From the NCBI GenBank assembly GCA_000993205.1, contig LBVU01000001.1, positions 8,155 through 72,154 of the forward strand: a stretch of 64,000 nt of DNA. Direction: 5' to 3'. Both the position numbers and the translations under genes were made by a program. Under the pieces are notes generated by a model. The model was not told the DNA's origin and made no database searches. It was given only the letters and a program-made list of their open reading frames with translations. Below, piece after piece: positions 28,195 to 36,286 of this stretch. This DNA is from Candidatus Woesebacteria bacterium GW2011_GWB1_39_10 (lineage in GTDB: Bacteria > Patescibacteriota > Microgenomatia > UBA8517). Position 1 is the first letter of the stretch. Each line of letters opens with the position of its first letter.

Positions 28195-30564
28195 TCATTG
28201 ACTTCCGGTTGCGGCACCAGAATTCAGAATATTCCCTTCTTGGATAATTGGTGCGGGTGTGGCGCAAATGCGGTGGGTTGGTCTCTTTTCATCCAAAAAC
28301 CATTCCTGTTTTGTTGGACAGCCATTACAGGGAAGATTGCCGGTGAGTGTGCAAATATTAACCTTACTTATGCCCTCTGGCACTTTCCAGTCAATTGACG
28401 GCGCTTCTCCCAGAATCCCCGACATTATCTTATTCCATATTGGGGATGCTCCGGTTACACCTGAGGCAATGCGGCTCATTGGTGAATTGTCATTATTTCC
28501 TACCCAGGTTAATACCAGAAAGTTTTGATTAAATCCCACAGCCCAATTATCTCTAAGGTCATTACTTGTGCCGGTTTTTACTGCTACCTCGGGATGATTT
28601 TTAATAACAAGATATGAATTTAATCCAAATTCAGGGGCGCGGGCGAGGTTGTCTTTTAAAATATCAATAAGCATAAATGCTATGCGTGGATCAAGTATCC
28701 TTTCCCCGCTGACTTCATTCGATGTGTTGCGCGCAAGTAGAACCCTGCCTTTGTAGTCTTTGACTGTTAGAATCGGGATAAAATCCGGACGTTTTCCGTA
28801 ACTTGCGAGAACACTATATACTTTTGCCAAGTCAATTGCTTTGACGGCTCCTCCTCCCAAAGTCAGAGAAAGCCCGAATTTGGAGGGATCATTCCACGAA
28901 GTGATACCCATTTTTTGTCCCTGTTCGATCATTTTGGATACACCGTAACTTACAAGGATCTTGACTGCCGGAATGTTACGCGATTGGGCAAGGGCGTTTC
29001 TAAGAGGAATATTTCCGACGAATTTCCCGTCATAGTTTTGTGGCGAATAGGGAGGTGAACCGGGAGTAACATACGTAATCGGTGAATCATTGATGATTGT
29101 GGCAGGAGTAAAACCGTTACCTAGGGCGTAGGCGTAATTGACAACTTTTATTGAACTTCCGGGTTGTCTGAGTCTTGTCAAGACATTTACATTACCATCA
29201 CCTGTGGTATCAAAATAATTTTTGGAGCCCACCATGCTTAGAATCTCTCCTGTCTGTGGGTTGACGACTAAAGCGGCGCCGTTACCCACATGAAGACCTT
29301 TAATTTTATCGACTTCCTGCGATACCACTTTTTCTACCAAGTTCTGAACATTGAGGTCCAACGAAGTTGTCACTTCAAGTCCACCCTTTTCTACCATATC
29401 CTCGCCGTATTTGTCCACCAAAATTTGTCTGACATACATAACAAAATGGGGGGCCTTGATCTCGGTTTTTTTAGGTAGAAATTTTAGCTTTTGATTCATA
29501 GCTTCAGTTTCTTGGTTTTTTGTGATAAATTTGTTCACTACCATTAGGTGAAGGACTTCTTTTTGTCTTTCAAACGCTAGGTCCGGATTTTGTCCGAAAG
29601 GCGAATAAAGAGTTGGACTTTTGGGTAAACCGGCAAGTAATGCCGCTTCCCCAAGTGTTAAATCGGCAGCATCTTTTCCAAAATAAGAAAGACTTGCTTC
29701 CTCAATTCCGTAAGCGGTGCCTCCGTAACTTACTTCATTAAGGTACATTTCCAGTATTCGATCTTTTGTATAAGATGTTTCAACTTCGACGGACAAGACC
29801 ACTTCCTTTATTTTTCTAAGTATTGTTTTTTCGGGTGAGAGAAGGGTATTTTTGACGAGCTGTTGGGTTATGGTTGAGCCGCCCTGCAGAGACCCGTTTT
29901 GCAAATCAGTGACTGCCGCTCTAAAAATCCCTTTTATGGAAAATCCGGGGTGAGAATAAAATTCAGCATCCTCTGCGGCCAGAGTTGCAAGACGGACATG
30001 GGGAGGAATTTGAGTTAGTGGTACGATCGTCCGGTTTTTGTCTTTATAAATTTTATAAAGTAAATTACCGTTTCTATCATAAATTTTGGTGGACACTTCC
30101 GGTTCTCTGGTGCCAAGATCCTTAGGAGAGGGAAGACCGCGGAAAATTAATAAATAAGAATCAAGAATTAAGAATAATAGGACAGCAACAATGGCGAAAA
30201 ATTTGGATTTATAATTTGGCCTAAATTTTCTGATAGGGTTTACAATCTTTCCGATAATCCTTTTAAAATTAAAGAGAATTTTTAATTCAAGAAGTGCAAT
30301 CCTCAGGCTTTGGAGTTTGAAAATAATTTTGAAATTTGGAAAACTAGACCTTGGTAATTTTACCTTTCTCTTTTCTGTGTTTGTTTTTCGGGTAGTTTTG
30401 CCAACCGTAAATAAAATATAAAAGATCGCAATTACAGTATGGGATAAAACGAAGTAGATTGGTTTTCCAACCAGAGCCAGACCCTCAATAATTATTCTGA
30501 TGAGAGAGTGTCTAAAATTTTGGGCAGGCGTTTCATTTGGTTTGACGTTTGGCTGTTTCGCCAT
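28195..30564 (-). CDS. class A penicillin-binding protein (bifunctional transglycosylase / transpeptidase, PBP1A family)
   Basis: GT51 motifs (EDAEFYSHPGF, GGSTITQQL) and a transpeptidase domain. Confidence 0.8.
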   Translation of the reverse strand: MAKQPNVKPNETPAQNFRHSLIRIIIEGLALVGKPIYFVLSHTVIAIFYILFTVGKTTRKTNTEKRKVKLPRSSFPNFKIIFKLQSLRIALLELKILFNFKRIIGKIVNPIRKFRPNYKSKFFAIVAVLLFLILDSYLLIFRGLPSPKDLGTREPEVSTKIYDRNGNLLYKIYKDKNRTIVPLTQIPPHVRLATLAAEDAEFYSHPGFSIKGIFRAAVTDLQNGSLQGGSTITQQLVKNTLLSPEKTILRKIKEVVLSVEVETSYTKDRILEMYLNEVSYGGTAYGIEEASLSYFGKDAADLTLGEAALLAGLPKSPTLYSPFGQNPDLAFERQKEVLHLMVVNKFITKNQETEAMNQKLKFLPKKTEIKAPHFVMYVRQILVDKYGEDMVEKGGLEVTTSLDLNVQNLVEKVVSQEVDKIKGLHVGNGAALVVNPQTGEILSMVGSKNYFDTTGDGNVNVLTRLRQPGSSIKVVNYAYALGNGFTPATIINDSPITYVTPGSPPYSPQNYDGKFVGNIPLRNALAQSRNIPAVKILVSYGVSKMIEQGQKMGITSWNDPSKFGLSLTLGGGAVKAIDLAKVYSVLASYGKRPDFIPILTVKDYKGRVLLARNTSNEVSGERILDPRIAFMLIDILKDNLARAPEFGLNSYLVIKNHPEVAVKTGTSNDLRDNWAVGFNQNFLVLTWVGNNDNSPMSRIASGVTGASPIWNKIMSGILGEAPSIDWKVPEGISKVNICTLTGNLPCNGCPTKQEWFLDEKRPTHRICATPAPIIQEGNILNSGAATGSQ

Positions 30565-30612
30565 TACGGGGTATTGTACCAGCCAAGCCTGAATTTTAAA
30601 AGGAAATTATAC

Positions 30613-32880
30613 TTACTGAAGAGGATATCTGATTGTGGCGGATGAGCTGGCAATAGGGCAATCCAGACAATAAACCGCGCCGGTAGGGTCTGTATAAATT
30701 TGGCGGTTTTCTGCATGGATTTGTGACGGATCGGCATTTGCCGGGGCCTGTTGACCCGTGTCATTAAAAATGAAAATATCCTGATTTGTAATTAAAGAAG
30801 TGGCGGGAATGGTCCCGTCCAGGAAATATTCAAATCTTGTTTGACATCCGGGATTATTCGGGTCGCTTGAAGGGGGAGATCCTCCGGTATTGGTACATAT
30901 GTTGGCTCCAGTTACGCCTTCAGGTTGTTTTGGCCAGGCGTGACCACGGTTGCCGGCGGGTATGCTTTTTCCATCTAATTCATATGCACCAGCCTCAGCT
31001 TTATCAAGCACGGCTTTCATGACTTTATTCCAAATAGGGGAAGCGCCACTTATTCCCGATACGGCACCGCTCATTTGAGAGTTATCGTTGTTTCCTACCC
31101 AGGTGACTACAACCGCGTCTCCTGTATAACCAATAGTCCAATTGTCACGTCTGTCGTTGGTCGTTCCTGTTTTGACCGAAACTTCGGAATGACCCTTTAC
31201 ATTAAGTTGGGAATTTGTTCCAAAAGCCGCGCTTCTGGCCCCGTTATCAAGTAATATATGGGAAATAAGAAAAGTTACAGTTGGGTCAAGAACACGTGTT
31301 CCGGTCAGTTCTTGTTTTTTGACATCGGTTTGTTCAAGAGTAATTCCTTTCCAATCGGTTACTTTTGTTATGGCGATAAGAGGCTCTCTTATTCCTTGAT
31401 TTGCAAACACCCCAAAAGCTTCAGCCATGTCATATGGTCTAACTTCACCCCCACCAAGAGTCAGAGAAAGGCCGTAGTTCTTTGGATCAATGAAAGTCGA
31501 AATACCAATTTGATTAGCAAATCCGACAAAATTGTCAACACCGTTAATGGCAAGTATTTTGACTGCCGGGATATTAAATGAATTTCCTAAGGCGAAACGG
31601 GTTTGAACTAAACCGTGAAACATTCCATCATAATTAACTGGACAATAAAGAGGCTGTCCTGGAACTTGAAAACAAGAAGGAACGTCCGACAAGGCTGTTG
31701 CCAGTGTAATCTTTTTGTCCCTTATGGCAAGAGCGTAATTAAGAGGTTTAATTGAGCTCCCGGGCTGTCTTTGGGCCAGAATCACATTTACTTTTCCGTC
31801 TTCGTCTGACGCAAAATAATCCTTTGATCCGACCATGGCTAAGATTTCTCCCGTAGAAGGTTGTGTTACGATCACTGCGCCATTGTGGACATTTTGTTTT
31901 TTAAGTTTTCCGACTTCTGTAGCCACGGCTTGTTGGGCAATATCCTGGATATCAAGGTCGAGCGTTGTGTAAACCCTTAAACCCCCCTGTTCGACTTTTT
32001 GTACACCGTATTTATCGGTTAGTTGTTCTTTTATCCAGAGGGCGAAGTGAGGGGCGGCGGGAGGTTTAATGCTTGTATATTTTAACGTTTCTTTACCGGC
32101 ATTAGTAGCATCATCTGTGCTTATATATTTATTAGCCACCATCTGTTTTAGAACTTCTTCCTGCCTCAACTTTGCAAGTTCAGGGTGTGCCCCGAAGGGA
32201 GAATAAGTTGATGGTCTTTGCGGAAGCCCAACCAGCAGGGCCGCTTCGGCAAGATTTAGATCTTTGGCTTGTTTGCCGAAGTAGGTCTCGCTGGCAGTCT
32301 CGATTCCGTAGGCGGTTCCTCCGTATGGGATTTCGTTAAGGTACATTTCGAGTATTTGATCTTTTGTATATATACCCTCAACGATTATTGTTAGAACCAC
32401 TTCCTGAGCTTTACGTCTTATCGTTCGCTCTTGTGTTAAAAGGGCATTTTTAACGAGCTGTTGGCTAATTGTGGAACCTCCCTGAAGATCTCTCTTAAAC
32501 ACATTGTTGTAAATAGCCCTTGTAATTCCAGTTACAGAAAACCCTTGATGTTTATAAAAATCTTTATCCTCAATTGAGATTGTAGCCTCGGGGATAAATT
32601 TAGGAAGCTCAGAGAGCTTAATGGGGGAACGTTTTTTGTCAGTATAAATTTCATAAATTAATTTTTCATTACGGTCAAAAATTTTTGTTGAGACGGGTAG
32701 ATTTTGTGATGCAAGACGTGTTGGGAGGGGAATGCCCCAAAAAAGATACAGAAACGTTCCTCCGAAAATTCCAAAAAATATGATACGTTTGACATTCCGT
32801 CTAATCGAAAGATGTTCCTCGATTTTTTTAAGTATGTTTTTCATCTGCGGAAGGATTATATAATATAATAAGTATATCAA
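30613..32880 (-). CDS. class A penicillin-binding protein (second tandem paralog)
   Basis: EDKDFYKHQGF and GGSTISQQL motifs. Transpeptidase SxxK/SxN regions. Confidence 0.8.
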   Translation of the reverse strand: MIYLLYYIILPQMKNILKKIEEHLSIRRNVKRIIFFGIFGGTFLYLFWGIPLPTRLASQNLPVSTKIFDRNEKLIYEIYTDKKRSPIKLSELPKFIPEATISIEDKDFYKHQGFSVTGITRAIYNNVFKRDLQGGSTISQQLVKNALLTQERTIRRKAQEVVLTIIVEGIYTKDQILEMYLNEIPYGGTAYGIETASETYFGKQAKDLNLAEAALLVGLPQRPSTYSPFGAHPELAKLRQEEVLKQMVANKYISTDDATNAGKETLKYTSIKPPAAPHFALWIKEQLTDKYGVQKVEQGGLRVYTTLDLDIQDIAQQAVATEVGKLKKQNVHNGAVIVTQPSTGEILAMVGSKDYFASDEDGKVNVILAQRQPGSSIKPLNYALAIRDKKITLATALSDVPSCFQVPGQPLYCPVNYDGMFHGLVQTRFALGNSFNIPAVKILAINGVDNFVGFANQIGISTFIDPKNYGLSLTLGGGEVRPYDMAEAFGVFANQGIREPLIAITKVTDWKGITLEQTDVKKQELTGTRVLDPTVTFLISHILLDNGARSAAFGTNSQLNVKGHSEVSVKTGTTNDRRDNWTIGYTGDAVVVTWVGNNDNSQMSGAVSGISGASPIWNKVMKAVLDKAEAGAYELDGKSIPAGNRGHAWPKQPEGVTGANICTNTGGSPPSSDPNNPGCQTRFEYFLDGTIPATSLITNQDIFIFNDTGQQAPANADPSQIHAENRQIYTDPTGAVYCLDCPIASSSATIRYPLQ

Positions 32881-32883
32881 TTA

Positions 32884-33402
32884 ATGGAAACACTGGAACA
32901 ATTATCAGAAAAAATATGGTGGGGTTACCTTGGGGAGGATCTTCAAAAACTTCTTAAGGAGTCGGAATTTATTTATTCTACAGTAAAAAGCTGGGGCGCG
33001 GATTTACCGGGTGGAAGACGAGAATTTGATGATTACTCATTTGTTGTTTTTCCTGCAGCCAAAGCCTACGAAGGTTTTTTAAAGAAACTTTTCCTGGACT
33101 TAAATTTTATTACAGATATAGATTATTATGGAAAACATTTCAGGATTGGTAAGGCCCTAAATCCGTCTCTTCCGAAGGAATCCCGACGTGACGGAGTTTA
33201 CGACAAGATTGTCAAGTATTGTGGAGGCGCGGAGCTGGCCGAAAAGCTTTGGGAAACCTGGAAAGAGTCACGGAATCTGATTTTTCATTGGTTCCCAAAC
33301 GAAAAGAATGCTATTTCACTTGAGGAATCCGGCAAAAGAATCGAAATGATAATTGGGGCAATCGATAGAGCTTTCAGGGAATGCAGATTAGATACTAAGT
33401 GA
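32884..33402 (+). CDS. hypothetical protein with a possible HEPN-like R-x4-H motif (SRNLIFH)
   Basis: 172 aa. The last codons and stop (LDTK*) are formed by GATACTAAGTGA repeat DNA. Confidence 0.35.
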   Translation: METLEQLSEKIWWGYLGEDLQKLLKESEFIYSTVKSWGADLPGGRREFDDYSFVVFPAAKAYEGFLKKLFLDLNFITDIDYYGKHFRIGKALNPSLPKESRRDGVYDKIVKYCGGAELAEKLWETWKESRNLIFHWFPNEKNAISLEESGKRIEMIIGAIDRAFRECRLDTK

Positions 33403-33470
33403 CTCGATACTAAGATATTGAGTGGGCGTGACTTTTTTCCAGGATCCTAGTATCATAGTATCATAGTATC
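33390..33470. repeat. GATACTA-type tandem repeats plus a (TAGTATCA)x3 octamer array
   Basis: agatactaagtgactcgatactaag ... tagtatcatagtatcatagtatcc. Confidence 0.7.
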
Positions 33471-33482
33471 CTTTTTTACTTT

Positions 33483-34139
33483 ATGACTGTCAAAACATCA
33501 AATATTTCGATATTAAAAAACGTCACGATCTACGCTACGTATCTGATCATAATTTGGGCGTTTTACAGATTTCTTTTCCGCTTCCCCGATGAAATTGAGG
33601 AGTTGGTTATCAAACCGATTGTTTGGCTCATTCCTCTTTTTTACTTTGTTAAAAAAGAAGGGTTTGGAATTTCTTCACTTGGGTTTACTTTTAAGAATCT
33701 TTTTCCTGCAATCTATCTCTCGATAGGGTTAGGCGCGGTATTCGTGATGGAGGGGGTTTTAACCAATTTCGTAAAATACGGAAAATTAAATTTTGGAGCA
33801 AATATTGGAAGCACTCCGCTTATGATGTCGCTTGGACTTTCTTTTATTACAGCTTTTTCTGAAGAGGCTGCTTTTAGGGGATATATTTTTAGCAGGCTCT
33901 CTTTTGCTCTTAAAAATGAATGGTCAGCGAACATTATCCAGACTCTTCTCTGGACGGGGATCCATGTTCCGATAGCGTTTTTTATTTGGGGTTATACTCT
34001 ACCGCAAGGAATCGTGTACTTAAGCTTAACGGCGATATTCGGACTTGGGAGCGCGTTCATTTTCGGTAGGACCAAAAATATTTTTGGAAGTATATTATTG
34101 CATGTTTTGTGGGAATGGCCAATAATTCTTTTTAGGTAG
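33483..34139 (+). CDS. CPBP-family intramembrane metalloprotease (CAAX protease / Abi domain)
   Basis: EEAAFRGYIF and FxxxH/W motifs. Multiple TM helices. Confidence 0.7.
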   Translation: MTVKTSNISILKNVTIYATYLIIIWAFYRFLFRFPDEIEELVIKPIVWLIPLFYFVKKEGFGISSLGFTFKNLFPAIYLSIGLGAVFVMEGVLTNFVKYGKLNFGANIGSTPLMMSLGLSFITAFSEEAAFRGYIFSRLSFALKNEWSANIIQTLLWTGIHVPIAFFIWGYTLPQGIVYLSLTAIFGLGSAFIFGRTKNIFGSILLHVLWEWPIILFR

Positions 34140-34147
34140 CTTCAAAC

Positions 34148-34184
34148 TTGACAAATTATTTCAATGTGATATCATGATATCACT
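34148..34184 (+). promoter_or_regulatory. promoter (-35 TTGACA) plus the 18-bp perfect palindrome GTGATATCATGATATCAC, a candidate VapB operator
   Basis: Palindrome at 34166-34183, directly upstream of the ATG at 34185. Confidence 0.45.
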
Positions 34185-34442
34185 ATGGTAGCTACAATAA
34201 TCAGACTTCCAGAAGAAGAACATGAATTTTATAAAGAGTATGCCTACAAAAATGGTATGAGTCTAAATGATTTTTTTAGGTTTTCTGCCCGAGAAATAGC
34301 GGGTAAAAAAGCAATTAAGAGCAAACATTCCTTTTTTGATCTTGGAACAAAGGTTGTGTTTAAAAGTGGCCCAAAAGACGGATCGATAAATCATGATAAA
34401 TATCTTTACGAATTTGAAGATAAGAAAATGCATTCTAAATGA
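34185..34442 (+). CDS. VapB-like antitoxin
   Basis: 85-aa ORF overlapping the downstream PIN gene by 4 nt. Confidence 0.45.
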   Translation: MVATIIRLPEEEHEFYKEYAYKNGMSLNDFFRFSAREIAGKKAIKSKHSFFDLGTKVVFKSGPKDGSINHDKYLYEFEDKKMHSK

Positions 34443-34840
34443 TTTTTGTAGACACCTCTGCGATAGCTGCCTTAACTTTTACGAAAGATTCGTTTCATTC
34501 ACGCGCAGAATTATGGTTTTCGGATCACCAAAAAGAGAATTTCATTGTTACAAATTTAGTGATAATCGAAATTCTGAATTGGGTAAGATATAGACTTGGC
34601 AAAAATAAAGCCATTGAATTAGGAGAAAAACTCTATTCAGGCAATGGAATTAGTATTGTTAAAGTTTCTCCTGAGGATGAAAAGAATGCTTGGAGGCTCT
34701 TTAAGAAATTAGGCGGAAAGGGTATTTCGATGGTTGATTGCACTTCTTTTGTTGTAATGAAGAGACTAAAAATTAAAAAGGTGTTTGCATTTGACACCGA
34801 TTTTAAAAAAGCAGGGTTTGACCTCCTTCCCGCGACTTGA
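34439..34840 (+). CDS. vapC: VapC-like PIN-domain toxin
   Basis: N-terminal MIFVDTSAI with conserved acidic residues. Confidence 0.7.
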   Translation: MIFVDTSAIAALTFTKDSFHSRAELWFSDHQKENFIVTNLVIIEILNWVRYRLGKNKAIELGEKLYSGNGISIVKVSPEDEKNAWRLFKKLGGKGISMVDCTSFVVMKRLKIKKVFAFDTDFKKAGFDLLPAT

Positions 34841-34877
34841 CTTCGATTGAATACAGTCCTACCATTACAATTACCCG

Positions 34878-35507
34878 ATGTTTAAGAAATATTTGTACGG
34901 AATCCCCCTTTTTGTCCTTGCTTTCGCAATTCTTTCGGTTTCGGTCATGAGATCTACAGCCGTATCTTATGTTTTTGCAACCCCGTTGTCCTCTCCGACA
35001 GCTGTATTAAATAAGGTTACTGAAATAGATTACGAACTTCCATTTCCGGGCAAGGTCTTACCGGATAGTATGTTTTGGGTATTTAAAGTCATGAGGGACA
35101 AATTGTGGTACGGACTGTCATTCTCTCATTTAAAGAAAGCCGAGTTAGCTCTTCTTTTTTCGGACAAACGTCTGGGTGCCGCCAAAATTTTATTTGAAAA
35201 GAAAAAGCCGGATATCGCGCTTTCTACATTGTCTAAAAGCGAGAGATATGTGGAAATCGCAACCAATGAGGAGGATAGGGCGAGAAAAGAGGGGGTAGAC
35301 ACCTCAAAGTTTTTGGAGAAAATGACGGTCGCCGCTCTTAAACATAGGCAGGTTATCGAGGAGGAGATACTGCCGATTTCTCCCGAAGACGCAAAACCGG
35401 AAGTTATCAGACTTGAGAACTACAGTAAAAATGCATACAAGACGTCGAGAGATGCGTTATATTCAAAAGGTAGGTCTGTTCCAATTAATCCGTTTGATAG
35501 GCCATAA
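34878..35507 (+). CDS. secreted/membrane-anchored hypothetical protein (DUF5667-like)
   Basis: Signal-anchor sequence followed by a helical domain. Confidence 0.4.
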   Translation: MFKKYLYGIPLFVLAFAILSVSVMRSTAVSYVFATPLSSPTAVLNKVTEIDYELPFPGKVLPDSMFWVFKVMRDKLWYGLSFSHLKKAELALLFSDKRLGAAKILFEKKKPDIALSTLSKSERYVEIATNEEDRARKEGVDTSKFLEKMTVAALKHRQVIEEEILPISPEDAKPEVIRLENYSKNAYKTSRDALYSKGRSVPINPFDRP

Positions 35508-35742
35508 CCAGCGCTATTGTTTATCTTTTTTGAACCATTCTTTCTAATTTCAAATTTTTGATTTCCGCAAGATTCCCCGCGAGCAAAATAAATTCAAAAA
35601 AACTGGCCTCAATCGACGCCTAAGGTGATACGTTTTGCTATAAATGTTGGCAGTTGATAGTCTAGAGGTAGTGTCTAATAATCACCTTTATCACTAGTTG
35701 TAGAGCGTTTGCTTTACACAAGTGAAAAGATAAAAACTAAAT

Positions 35743-36177
35743 ATGAAATGTCCATTTTGCGGAGCGGCAGATACGAGCGTTCTCGAAAGCAGGACTGTTG
35801 ATGGAAAAGTTAGGCGGAGGCGGGAGTGCAGCAAATGTGAGAAAAGATTTACAACTTTTGAAGAAGTAAAAAAAACCTTCCTCTGGGTGATTAAAAAAGA
35901 TGGACGGCGCGAGCCGTTTGATAAGGAAAAGATCAGAAGGGGAATATTGAGGGCAATACTTAAGCGTCCGGTCTCGATGGATCAGGTAGAGGGGGTTTTG
36001 GAAGATGTCGAACGGGAAATGCTTAAAGCGGAGGAAGCTGAGGTCCAAAGTAGAGCTATAGGAAATGCAATTTTGAAAAGACTTAAGAAACTGGATAAAG
36101 TAGCGTGGTTAAGATTCGCCAGCGTCTATCTTGAATTTGAAGACCTAAGTGATTTTGAAAAAGCCATAGAGAAGTAG
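35743..36177 (+). CDS. nrdR: transcriptional repressor NrdR (zinc ribbon + ATP-cone)
   Basis: MKCPFCG...CSKCEKRFTTFE zinc ribbon. ATP-cone motif KRDG.REPF. Confidence 0.85.
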   Translation: MKCPFCGAADTSVLESRTVDGKVRRRRECSKCEKRFTTFEEVKKTFLWVIKKDGRREPFDKEKIRRGILRAILKRPVSMDQVEGVLEDVEREMLKAEEAEVQSRAIGNAILKRLKKLDKVAWLRFASVYLEFEDLSDFEKAIEK

Positions 36178-36205
36178 GACTTCTCTGGCACTAGGTTCAG
36201 TCGCG

Positions 36206-36223
36206 CACACAACAAGTTGTGTG
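36206..36223. promoter_or_regulatory. candidate NrdR box (CACACAACAAGTTGTGTG palindrome)
   Basis: The inner 16 bp match 13/16 positions of the NrdR-box consensus acaCwAtATaTwGtgt. Confidence 0.4.
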
Positions 36224-36257
36224 GCTTCTGAAATCTATTGTTGAGAAATAGAATAAG

Positions 36258-36278
36258 ATCCTGAAACAAGTTCAGGAT
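36258..36278 (+). repeat. hairpin element, copy 1 (ATCCTGAA-ACAAG-TTCAGGAT); overlaps the AGGA Shine-Dalgarno of nrdJ
   Basis: Second copy at 58734-58754, inside recF. Confidence 0.6.
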
Positions 36279-36286
36279 GACAAAAT

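Noticed and set aside
35508-35742. Possible small RNA or tRNA in the 235-nt spacer upstream of nrdR (GGTGAT...ATCACC inverted repeat, GTCTAGAGG)
   Set aside because: No cloverleaf could be built. Only a loose inverted repeat, with no promoter or terminator pairing evident.
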